The notes beneath the pieces are model-generated. The model saw only the letters and a program-made list of their open reading frames with translations, did no database searches and was not told the origin of the DNA. Below, piece after piece: positions 1 to 7,335 of a stretch of DNA of 15,357 nucleotides (its first letter is position 1; each line of letters opens with the position of its first letter). The position numbers and the translations under genes were made by a program. Source of the DNA: a virus; the UHGV virus genome UHGV-1775856; one strand, written 5' to 3'.

Positions 1-1
1 C

Positions 2-235
2 CTGCTGATACTCAGCGGTTGCTCCGGCAGTCGATCAGCGAATTTAACGCCGACGCCGACAAAGGTTAACCACCCTGCCCCCAAAAGTGCATTTATGTGC
101 AGGATGCCAGAGTTTAGCAGTGAATATTTTGATGATCTGCCAGCGTATATCCTCGATACAGAAACGATGCTGATGGGGATTAACAGGAAGAATCGCAACG
201 TTAATGATTACAACCGCGCTATCAGCGGTAACTAA
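2..235 (+). CDS. 5'-truncated ORF for a putative small lipoprotein; the frame is open from the window edge to TAA at 233-235, and the first residues in the window (LLILSGC) look like the end of a signal peptide with a lipobox
   Basis: Frame 2 has no stop from position 2 to 233. LSGC fits the lipobox pattern L-[AS]-[GA]-C. Its stop is 11 nt before the ATG of the next ORF, suggesting an operon. It is absent from the ORF track because it has no start codon in the window. P1 carries a lipoprotein gene (mlp) near repA by my recollection, unverified. Confidence 0.35.
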   Translation: MLILSGCSGSRSANLTPTPTKVNHPAPKSAFMCRMPEFSSEYFDDLPAYILDTETMLMGINRKNRNVNDYNRAISGN

Positions 236-246
236 AAGGGATTTTT

Positions 247-639
247 ATGTCTGATAAAGTAACAGTAAAGCAAACTATCAACAAAGCGACTTCAATCTAC
301 AAAATTGAGCACATCACTGTTGGCAAGCCAGGATCTGAACAATACCGTCATGCTTTCGAGCTTGCCGATCAGCTTGGTTTAAAACACCCGGATTGCATCG
401 AGCATGTATTTCCGACCTATGCTGATGAGCAATGTACTCATGTTCTTACCGAAGAGGATTTTTTCAGCACTGAAGAACGAGAAGGCGTTGATCGCTGCAT
501 TGGTGTGATTTGTTCTTCGGTAAGTGATGAGTTATTCCCTAATGTGCCTGAATATGGTGGTATTGGATACCAATTCCTGTACGAAGGCGATGAGCTTAAA
601 TGTTATGAACATGGTCTTCTTATCGAAAGCGTAGAATAA
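247..639 (+). CDS. hypothetical protein, 130 aa, function unknown
   Basis: ATG start with AAGGG Shine-Dalgarno about 8 nt upstream; followed by a hairpin and T-rich tract; no motif recognised. Confidence 0.6.
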   Translation: MSDKVTVKQTINKATSIYKIEHITVGKPGSEQYRHAFELADQLGLKHPDCIEHVFPTYADEQCTHVLTEEDFFSTEEREGVDRCIGVICSSVSDELFPNVPEYGGIGYQFLYEGDELKCYEHGLLIESVE

Positions 640-652
640 TACCCTTCCTTCC

Positions 653-677
653 AACCGGCTATGTTGGCCGGTTTATT
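653..677 (+). terminator. putative intrinsic terminator after the 130-aa ORF
   Basis: Stem AACCGGCT (653-660), 5-nt loop, GGCCGGTT (666-673), followed by TTTATT. Confidence 0.4.
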
Positions 678-681
678 CAAC

Positions 682-690
682 TTATCCACA
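682..690 (+). promoter_or_regulatory. DnaA box, perfect match to the consensus TTATCCACA, at the left edge of the plasmid origin
   Basis: Exact 9-mer TTATCCACA, immediately upstream of a GATC cluster and iterons, as in P1-type oriR. Confidence 0.55.
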
Positions 691-695
691 GCATA

Positions 696-752
696 GATCC
701 AATAAACAGATCCCAAAGAGAACCTAGGAAGATCCAAAGAAGATCCCGGATC
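696..752. promoter_or_regulatory. cluster of five GATC (Dam) sites in 57 bp, embedded in AGATCC-like heptamer repeats; origin methylation/SeqA region
   Basis: GATC at 696, 709, 731, 742 and 749. P1 oriR is known to hold five Dam sites in heptamer repeats next to DnaA boxes and iterons. Confidence 0.5.
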
Positions 753-793
753 GCTGTAAGCCGCGCCGTTCGTGGCCTGAAACGGGATCAACA

Positions 794-900
794 TTGACTA
801 TACGCGATTTTATGTTGACTGTGTGCGATTTTATGTTGACTGCACGCGATTTATTGTTGACTATACGCGACAGAAACGTTGACTGTACGCGATTTTAGAG
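794..900 (+). repeat. five direct iterons (core TTGACTRYRYGCGAT) at 21-22 bp spacing; RepA binding sites of the origin (incC-like)
   Basis: Copies start at 794, 815, 836, 857 and 879, spaced 21, 21, 21 and 22 bp (two helical turns), directly upstream of repA. Confidence 0.8.
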
Positions 901-973
901 CCTGAATATTCACAGCTGTTGATAACAGTCATCTAAATTAACGCCAGGCCGCGCCACACATGGAGAAACCACG

Positions 974-1858
974 ATGCCGGAAGAAAGTAAAGGCTTCCTT
1001 AGCGTTGAAGAAGTTGCAGGAAATACAGGAGAAATCCACAGCCTGAAGCCCAATAACAACAGCACTATACAACCCATAGCTTTGTTGCGCTTAGGTGTGT
1101 TTGTGCCAACCTTAAAATCTACCAATGTGGCGCTACGTCGCGGATCGTCAGTTACAACAAACACAACGAACGCAACCGAAGAACTATCAAGCCTCAAAAT
1201 TGTTGAGCAGGAAGGCTATGAGGGAATTGAAATTCATGGTCCACGCCTGGATATGGATACTGATTTTAAGGTGTGGGTGGGCATAACCTCCGCGTTGTTT
1301 GACTATGCTCCTGATGATGACGGCATAATCACCCTGCCATTCTCCGAGTTTGCCGATCGATGCGGCTATCCACGTAAGCGCCTTTCAAAGGCGTTCCGTA
1401 AAAGTATTGATGACTCTCTGACACGCATTCAGCAGACAGTTGTCAAATTCCGCTTCCCGGCGGCAAAAGGTCATCTCAATAACATTAACGTCAACTTGTT
1501 GGCATATAGCAGCCTGAATACCGAGCTTGATGTTATCGAGATCCAGCCGCAAAAACAGCTATCTGAACTTTACTATGTTGACTATAAGCGAATCCTGAAG
1601 CTGAAGATGCTGGATAAGCTCGGGCGCAAAGAGACGGCCAAGGTGCTGTATACATTCTTTGAGGCTCTACCCGCCAACCCGGCACCTGTCAGCATTGAGC
1701 GCCTTAGAGCAAGGCTTAATCTCAAATCATCCGTTAGCGTGCAAAATAGCGTTATCAGAAAAGCCATGAAAGATTTGGAAGCTATTGAATATCTTAAATT
1801 TTCAGAGATAAAAAACGGCAGAAAAATCGGCTTCCAGATCCATAAGCGCAATCCATAA
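974..1858 (+). CDS. repA: plasmid replication initiator RepA (P1/RepFIB-like, iteron-binding)
   Basis: 294-aa ORF flanked on both sides by iteron arrays. It contains blocks I recall as conserved in P1-type RepA (QPIALLRLGVFVP, GPRLDMDTDFKVW, C-terminal HKRNP), but the overall sequence and the iterons differ from the P1 19-bp iteron, so this is a divergent allele. Confidence 0.85.
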   Translation: MPEESKGFLSVEEVAGNTGEIHSLKPNNNSTIQPIALLRLGVFVPTLKSTNVALRRGSSVTTNTTNATEELSSLKIVEQEGYEGIEIHGPRLDMDTDFKVWVGITSALFDYAPDDDGIITLPFSEFADRCGYPRKRLSKAFRKSIDDSLTRIQQTVVKFRFPAAKGHLNNINVNLLAYSSLNTELDVIEIQPQKQLSELYYVDYKRILKLKMLDKLGRKETAKVLYTFFEALPANPAPVSIERLRARLNLKSSVSVQNSVIRKAMKDLEAIEYLKFSEIKNGRKIGFQIHKRNP

Positions 1859-1860
1859 TA

Positions 1861-2116
1861 TTGACTATATGCGATAGCGAGAAGTTGACTATAGGCGACA
1901 TTCGTTGACGCTGGTGGATTTTTGCTGGCGTCAATATTCTGCAAGTCGCTATTGAGATGGCTTTTAGGGTCATTTCATCGCGTATAGTCAACGTTTCTCC
2001 CGACAATATCTTACATAGTCGATCTTTGGTGGAGTTAAATCGACTACAGTCAACTTTTGACTGTAGTCACATCGCGCATAGTCAACTATTCAAATTAACC
2101 TTCGCGCATAGTCAAC
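1861..2116. repeat. second iteron field downstream of repA, with copies in both orientations (incA-like copy-control locus)
   Basis: Plus-oriented TTGACT cores at 1861, 1885, 1905 and about 2056; minus-oriented copies (seen as GCGCATAGTCAA or CGTATAGTCAACG) at about 1927, 1981, 2043, 2073 and 2103. Several form inverted pairs. Confidence 0.7.
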
Positions 2117-2150
2117 ATTTGCGCGGTTCTCATCAAGCAGTGGTATTGAT

Positions 2151-2960
2151 ATGCAAGAAGAGAAACAACACTACCTCTACGTTCTGGTGCCAGAGAACGG
2201 AGATACTTTTAAAATCGGCATTTCATGTGGTCCATTGGCACGGTTTAAAGGGCTACAAGTGAGTCCCGATTTTGCGCTTTCACGGGTCTATCGTGGTACA
2301 CGTTTGGCAATGGTTAATCTTGAGCGGGCTTTACACGCAACCTTTTTCCCCTGGAATGCGCCGTGGGAGAAAAGCGTCGGTGGCGGGCATACTGAATGGT
2401 TTACACGAGAGTGTCTTGATAAGGTTTTGGCTCATATCGAATATCTAAATGATATGTGGGGAGGGATTCTCGAGCGCATTAAGTCGAATGATTTACTTCA
2501 GCGTCCAGTAGATGCTGCTTGCTCTTTCGAAAAAGAGCTGGATGTTACTTCTATCGTGACTTTCAAAGATGACGCAGGAATGAGGGACGTGGCTTATGTC
2601 TCCATATCTGGCTATGAACCGGACGCGATCCGCGCTCAATGTGAATTGCTGAAAGCAATGTTTATGCTTCGGACTAAATATCCCTGGGATACAGGGCGGG
2701 TGTGCTTCCCTATGGAAGAGTTAACCGCCACCATTGATTCCCAGCTTTACCACGATAATCCAGAGAAGTTTTTTAGCCTTTTAGCCGGTAATGGGCTTAA
2801 CTGTGTGTCCGGGCTGGGGCGAAGTAGAATCCAACATGCCTCGCTCTTCGGTCCCTTCTTTTACGATCGACACGGGTACTTTGAGGCTGAACTTCCGGCG
2901 CTTACGCGTGCTATAGATACTATCGATTTCGAACGATTATTCGCTGCTCTTAGCAAATAA
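2151..2960 (+). CDS. T5orf172/GIY-YIG-like domain protein, 269 aa; N-terminal nuclease-like domain plus a C-terminal region of about 160 aa of unknown function
   Basis: N-terminus carries the T5orf172/MUG113 signature: YLYVL, KIGIS, R, LH..F, GGHTEWF, in the right order and spacing. The gene starts about 35 bp after the last iteron and ends at a strong terminator. It lies between the replication and partition modules, where P1 (from memory) has no gene. Confidence 0.6.
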   Translation: MQEEKQHYLYVLVPENGDTFKIGISCGPLARFKGLQVSPDFALSRVYRGTRLAMVNLERALHATFFPWNAPWEKSVGGGHTEWFTRECLDKVLAHIEYLNDMWGGILERIKSNDLLQRPVDAACSFEKELDVTSIVTFKDDAGMRDVAYVSISGYEPDAIRAQCELLKAMFMLRTKYPWDTGRVCFPMEELTATIDSQLYHDNPEKFFSLLAGNGLNCVSGLGRSRIQHASLFGPFFYDRHGYFEAELPALTRAIDTIDFERLFAALSK

Positions 2961-2965
2961 CACTG

Positions 2966-2990
2966 ATGCCCCTGAACGGGGCTTTTTTGT
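2966..2990 (+). terminator. rho-independent terminator after the T5orf172-like gene
   Basis: GCCCC (2968-2972), loop TGAAC, GGGGC (2978-2982), then TTTTTT. Confidence 0.7.
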
Positions 2991-3077
2991 GCCTTTCTTG
3001 TAACTCTCAATCGTGCAAAATGAACCAAACATGCAGAGAATGCTATGTACAAGCATCTACGCATACATTATTATTTT

Positions 3078-3113
3078 ATGCAGCATTTTTAATTAAATTC
3101 AAAAATACAGCAT
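3078..3113. promoter_or_regulatory. putative par operon promoter/operator: imperfect 13-bp inverted repeat in an AT-rich leader
   Basis: ATGCAGCATTTTT (3078-3090) and AAAAATACAGCAT (3101-3113) match 11 of 13 as inverted repeats, just upstream of the parA Shine-Dalgarno; ParA autoregulates at such a site in P1. Confidence 0.4.
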
Positions 3114-3128
3114 AAAGGATGACTTTCG

Positions 3129-4325
3129 ATGAGTGATTCCAGCCAGCTTCACAAGGTTGCTCAAAGAGCAAACAGAATGCTCAATGTTCTGACTGAACAA
3201 GTACAGTTGCAAAAGGATGAGCTACACGCGAACGAGTTTTACCAGGTCTATGCGAAAGCGGCACTGGCAAAATTGCCTCTACTGACTCGAGCGAACGTTG
3301 ACTATGCCGTAAGTGAAATGGAAGAAAAGGGTTATGTTTTCGATAAACGCCCTGCTGGCTCTTCAATGAAATATGCGATGTCAATTCAGAACATCATTGA
3401 CATATATGAACATCGCGGAGTGCCAAAATACCGGGATCGCTACAGCGAAGCGTATGTGATTTTCATCTCCAATCTTAAAGGCGGTGTGTCAAAAACTGTA
3501 TCGACGGTTTCTCTGGCGCATGCAATGCGTGCCCACCCTCATCTTCTGATGGAAGATTTAAGGATTCTGGTTATTGACCTTGATCCGCAATCTTCAGCAA
3601 CGATGTTTTTAAGCCATAAACACTCTATTGGTATCGTAAACGCAACATCTGCACAGGCTATGTTGCAGAATGTAAGCCGTGAAGAGCTGTTAGAGGAGTT
3701 TATTGTTCCTTCTGTTGTACCTGGGGTTGACGTTATGCCTGCGTCGATTGACGATGCCTTTATTGCATCCGATTGGAGAGAGCTGTGCAATGAGCATCTA
3801 CCGGGTCAGAACATCCATGCTGTCCTGAAAGAAAATGTGATTGATAAGCTGAAGAGCGATTATGACTTTATCCTCGTTGATAGTGGTCCTCACCTTGACG
3901 CCTTCCTGAAAAATGCTTTGGCCTCGGCCAATATACTGTTTACACCTCTGCCGCCAGCAACTGTCGATTTCCACTCATCGCTTAAATACGTTGCCCGCCT
4001 TCCTGAGTTGGTAAAACTCATTTCGGATGAAGGCTGCGAGTGCCAGCTTGCGACTAACATTGGTTTTATGTCCAAGTTGAGTAACAAGGCAGATCATAAG
4101 TATTGCCATAGCCTGGCTAAAGAAGTGTTCGGTGGGGATATGCTTGATGTCGTCCTCCCTCGCCTTGACGGTTTTGAACGCTGCGGCGAGTCTTTTGACA
4201 CTGTTATTTCAGCTAACCCGGCAACGTATGTTGGTAGTGCTGATGCATTGAAGAACGCGCGAATTGCCGCGGAAGATTTTGCTAAAGCAGTTTTTGACCG
4301 TATTGAATTTATCAGATCTAACTGA
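3129..4325 (+). CDS. parA: partition ATPase ParA (type Ia, with N-terminal DNA-binding extension)
   Basis: 398 aa; deviant Walker A KGGVSKT; length and sequence recognised as P1 ParA-like; followed 16 bp later by parB. Confidence 0.92.
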   Translation: MSDSSQLHKVAQRANRMLNVLTEQVQLQKDELHANEFYQVYAKAALAKLPLLTRANVDYAVSEMEEKGYVFDKRPAGSSMKYAMSIQNIIDIYEHRGVPKYRDRYSEAYVIFISNLKGGVSKTVSTVSLAHAMRAHPHLLMEDLRILVIDLDPQSSATMFLSHKHSIGIVNATSAQAMLQNVSREELLEEFIVPSVVPGVDVMPASIDDAFIASDWRELCNEHLPGQNIHAVLKENVIDKLKSDYDFILVDSGPHLDAFLKNALASANILFTPLPPATVDFHSSLKYVARLPELVKLISDEGCECQLATNIGFMSKLSNKADHKYCHSLAKEVFGGDMLDVVLPRLDGFERCGESFDTVISANPATYVGSADALKNARIAAEDFAKAVFDRIEFIRSN

Positions 4326-4341
4326 GGAGTAAGAAACCCCC

Positions 4342-5343
4342 ATGTCAAAGAAAAACAGACCAACAATTGGGCGAACCCTTAATCCTTCAATATTAAGCGG
4401 ATTTGATAGTTCTTCAGCCTCTGGCGATCGAGTCGAGCAGGTATTCAAGTTATCAACTGGTCGCCAGGCCACATTTATTGAAGAGGTAATACCTCCGAAC
4501 CAGGTAGAAAGCGATACCTTTGTTGATCAGCATAACAACGGGCGTGACCAGGCATCTCTTACGCCAAAATCATTAAAAAGTATCCGAAGCACTATTAAGC
4601 ATCAGCAATTTTACCCTGCAATAGGTGTTAGACGGGCTACAGGGAAAATTGAAATTTTGGATGGTTCCCGGCGTCGAGCTTCTGCCATCTTAGAGAACGT
4701 AGGGTTGCGGGTTTTAGTCACGGACCAGGAGATCAGCGTTCAGGAAGCGCAAAATTTAGCGAAAGACGTTCAGACAGCATTGCAGCACAGCATTCGAGAA
4801 ATAGGTCTGCGTTTGATGCGAATGAAAAATGATGGGATGAGTCAGAAGGATATTGCAGCCAAAGAAGGGCTGTCTCAGGCGAAGGTCACGCGTGCTCTCC
4901 AGGCAGCGAGTGCTCCGGAAGAATTAGTCGCCCTTTTCCCTGTTCAGTCGGAATTAACCTTTTCGGACTACAAAACGCTTTGTGCTGTTGGCGACGAAAT
5001 GGGGAACAAGAATTTAGAGTTTGATCAGCTTATTCAAAACATATCCCCGGAAATAAACGACATCTTATCCATTGAAGAAATGGCCGAAGATGAAGTTAAA
5101 AATAAAATCCTGCGCTTGATAACAAAGGAAGCCTCACTACTCACGGATAAAGGTTCTAAAGATAAGTCCGTAGTTACTGAATTATGGAAATTTGAGGACA
5201 AGGATCGCTTTGCAAGGAAGCGCGTGAAAGGCCGTGCATTTTCTTATGAGTTTAATCGACTTTCAAAAGAGCTACAGGAAGAACTCGACAGGATGATTGG
5301 GCATATCCTTAGAAAGAGCCTCGATAAAAAGCCGAAGCCTTAA
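4342..5343 (+). CDS. parB: partition centromere-binding protein ParB
   Basis: 333 aa; sequence recognised as P1 ParB-like; immediately followed by a parS-like site. Confidence 0.92.
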   Translation: MSKKNRPTIGRTLNPSILSGFDSSSASGDRVEQVFKLSTGRQATFIEEVIPPNQVESDTFVDQHNNGRDQASLTPKSLKSIRSTIKHQQFYPAIGVRRATGKIEILDGSRRRASAILENVGLRVLVTDQEISVQEAQNLAKDVQTALQHSIREIGLRLMRMKNDGMSQKDIAAKEGLSQAKVTRALQAASAPEELVALFPVQSELTFSDYKTLCAVGDEMGNKNLEFDQLIQNISPEINDILSIEEMAEDEVKNKILRLITKEASLLTDKGSKDKSVVTELWKFEDKDRFARKRVKGRAFSYEFNRLSKELQEELDRMIGHILRKSLDKKPKP

Positions 5344-5344
5344 A

Positions 5345-5432
5345 CTTTCGCCATTCAAATTTCACTATTAACCAACTGTTTTTAAAGTAAATCCATCTAA
5401 AATTTCAAGGTGAAATCGCCACGATTTCACCT
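5345..5432. other. parS: parS centromere: box A (ATTTCAC) and box B (TCGCCA) motifs flanking an AT-rich, IHF-site-like centre
   Basis: Box B TCGCCA at 5348-5353 and 5416-5421; box A ATTTCAC at 5359-5365 and 5424-5430, plus an inverted ATTTCA at 5411-5416; the arrangement matches published P1 parS as I recall it. Confidence 0.8.
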
Positions 5433-5488
5433 TGGATTTTACCTTCCTCCCCTACTCCCGAAAAAAATAAAAAAATTGCTTGTCACGA

Positions 5489-5517
5489 GAAAGTCAACAA
5501 GTGACTTTCAATAAAAT
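5489..5517 (+). promoter_or_regulatory. candidate promoter for the structural operon: perfect 8-bp inverted repeat GAAAGTCA-ACAAG-TGACTTTC followed by a -10-like ATAAAAT
   Basis: Arms at 5489-5496 and 5502-5509, then AATAAAAT at 5510-5517. P1 late promoters are reported to carry an inverted repeat centred near -22 plus a -10 element; I do not recall the exact consensus. Confidence 0.35.
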
Positions 5518-5568
5518 CTCTTCCGAAAAGGGATTCACACAAGTGCCTTGTGTTTAAGGAAGAGTAAA

Positions 5569-7275
5569 TTGAGTAACTTACGCGAATACCAGAATCGTAT
5601 TGCAGATATCGCAAAACGCTCTAAAGCTGTGCTTGGCTGGGCAAGCACTGCGCAGTTCGGTACTGATAACCAATTCATTAAAGATGATGCCGCGCGTGCC
5701 GCATCTATCCTTGAAGCTGCACGTAAAGACCCGGTTTTTGCGGGTATCTCTGATAATGCCACCGCTCAAATCGCTACAGCGTGGGCAAGTGCACTGGCTG
5801 ACTACGCCGCAGCACATAAATCTATGCCGCGTCCGGAAATTCTGGCCTCCTGCCACCAGACGCTGGAAAACTGCCTGATTGAGTCCACCCGCAATAGCAT
5901 GGATGCCACTAATAAAGCGATGCTGGAATCCGTCGCAGCAGAGATGATGAGCGTTTCTGACGGTGTTATGCGTCTGCCTTTATTCCTCGCGATGATCCTG
6001 CCTGTTCAGTTGGGGGCAGCTACCGCTGATGCGTGTACCTTCATTCCGGTTACGCGTGACCAGTCCGACATCTATGAAGTCTTTAACGTGGCAGGTTCCT
6101 CTTTTGGTTCTTATGCTGCTGGTGATGTTCTGGACATGCAATCCGTCGGTGTGTACAGCCAGTTACGCCGCCGCTATGTGCTGGTGGCAAGCTCCGATGG
6201 CACCAGCAAAACCGCAACCTTCAAGATGGAAGACTTCGAAGGCCAGAATGTACCAATCCGAAAAGGTCGCACTAATATCTACGTTAACCGTATTAAGTCT
6301 GTTGTTGATAACGGTTCCGGCAGCCTACTTCACTCGTTTACTAATGCTGCTGGTGAGCAAATCACTGTTACCTGCTCTCTGAACTACAACATTGGTCAGA
6401 TTGCCCTGTCGTTCTCCAAAGCGCCGGATAAAGGCACTGAGATCGCAATTGAGACGGAAATCAATATTGAAGCCGCTCCTGAGCTGATCCCGCTGATCAA
6501 CCACGAAATGAAGAAATACACCCTGTTCCCAAGCCAGTTCGTTATCGCGGCTGAGCACACGGTACAGGCGGCGTATGAAGCACAGCGTGAATTTGGTCTG
6601 GACCTGGGTTCCCTACAGTTCCGCACCCTGAAGGAATACCTGTCTCATGAACAGGATATGCTGCGTCTTCGCATCATGATCTGGCGTACTCTTGCGACCG
6701 ACACCTTTGACATCGCTCTGCCGGTTAACCAGTCCTTTGATGTATGGGCAACCATCATTCGTGGCAAATTCCAGACTGTATATCGCGACATTATTGAGCG
6801 CGTTAAATCTTCTGGTGCGATGGGGATGTTTGCTGGTGCTGATGCAGCATCTTTCTTCAAACAGTTGCCGAAGGATTTCTTCCAGCCAGCCGAAGACTAT
6901 ATCCAGACTCCGTATGTTCACTACATCGGTACCCTGTTCGGTAACGTGAAAGTGTACGAAGTACCTGCTGGTATTTGTAAGAACTTAACGACAGAGAACA
7001 TTCAGTTCAGCTCGATGGATGTGCTGTGCTACGTCCGTGATGAAAATCCGGGTAAAGCAGGCTTCGTGACTGGTGATGCTGTCCCGGCTATCCCGTTCCA
7101 GCATCCGACCACTCCGGCGCTGGTCAACCGTACCACACTGTGGGGTTCGGCTATCAACGATATGCACCCACGCAACGGCGCTGATTACTTCACTCGTGTA
7201 ACGCTGACAATGGCCAAAAAAGGCGGGCTTAACTTCATTAGCGGCGACACGATTGATGCCGGTGACTCTGAGTAA
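5569..7275 (+). CDS. large virion structural protein, possibly the major head protein (P1 gene 23 position); start assigned to TTG at 5569
   Basis: Long ORF (track 5548-7275) with no in-frame ATG near the 5' end; TTG at 5569 sits 6 nt after AAGGAAG. It is first in an operon with a sheath-like gene and is followed by a GC hairpin. The head assignment rests on position only. Confidence 0.7.
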   Translation: MSNLREYQNRIADIAKRSKAVLGWASTAQFGTDNQFIKDDAARAASILEAARKDPVFAGISDNATAQIATAWASALADYAAAHKSMPRPEILASCHQTLENCLIESTRNSMDATNKAMLESVAAEMMSVSDGVMRLPLFLAMILPVQLGAATADACTFIPVTRDQSDIYEVFNVAGSSFGSYAAGDVLDMQSVGVYSQLRRRYVLVASSDGTSKTATFKMEDFEGQNVPIRKGRTNIYVNRIKSVVDNGSGSLLHSFTNAAGEQITVTCSLNYNIGQIALSFSKAPDKGTEIAIETEINIEAAPELIPLINHEMKKYTLFPSQFVIAAEHTVQAAYEAQREFGLDLGSLQFRTLKEYLSHEQDMLRLRIMIWRTLATDTFDIALPVNQSFDVWATIIRGKFQTVYRDIIERVKSSGAMGMFAGADAASFFKQLPKDFFQPAEDYIQTPYVHYIGTLFGNVKVYEVPAGICKNLTTENIQFSSMDVLCYVRDENPGKAGFVTGDAVPAIPFQHPTTPALVNRTTLWGSAINDMHPRNGADYFTRVTLTMAKKGGLNFISGDTIDAGDSE

Positions 7276-7301
7276 TCAGGGGAAGTTCTCCGTTTAACAT
7301 A

Positions 7302-7320
7302 GCGCCCCCGTGCGGGGCGC
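7302..7320 (+). other. GC-rich hairpin with no U-tract between the 575-aa and 529-aa genes; possible partial terminator or mRNA stabiliser
   Basis: GCGCCCC (7302-7308), loop CGTGC, GGGGCGC (7314-7320). Confidence 0.35.
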
Positions 7321-7335
7321 ATAACAGGGAAAGTT

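Noticed and set aside
1-69. Frame-1 open reading frame ending at TAA 67-69 as an alternative truncated upstream gene
   Set aside because: Frame 2 stays open further (to 235), carries a lipobox-like motif and ends in operon spacing with the next gene, so frame 2 is the better candidate; frame 1 cannot be excluded without upstream sequence.
1582-2006. Minus-strand ORFs (120 aa and 70 aa) over the 3' end of repA and the iterons
   Set aside because: They are antisense to repA and extend into iteron DNA; no supporting signals.
794-2120. Regularly spaced short repeats considered as a possible CRISPR array
   Set aside because: The repeat core is only about 14-15 bp with a 21-bp period, so there are effectively no spacers; the copies occur in both orientations and flank a rep gene. 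These are iterons, not CRISPR repeats.
1957-2262. 101-aa plus-strand ORF starting inside the downstream iteron field
   Set aside because: It is built largely from iteron repeats and overlaps the start of the T5orf172-like gene in another frame; the repetitive DNA explains the open frame.
5433-5480. C-rich then A-rich tract after parS (CCTTCCTCCCCTACTCCCGAAAAAAATAAAAAAATTGC) considered as a terminator
   Set aside because: There is no stem-loop; the A-run on the plus strand is not preceded by a hairpin. It is more likely a spacer or bent-DNA region.
5578-6949. Several overlapping ORFs of 85-117 aa in alternative frames within the 575-aa gene
   Set aside because: They are nested in a long, well-supported coding frame and are typical frame-shadow ORFs.
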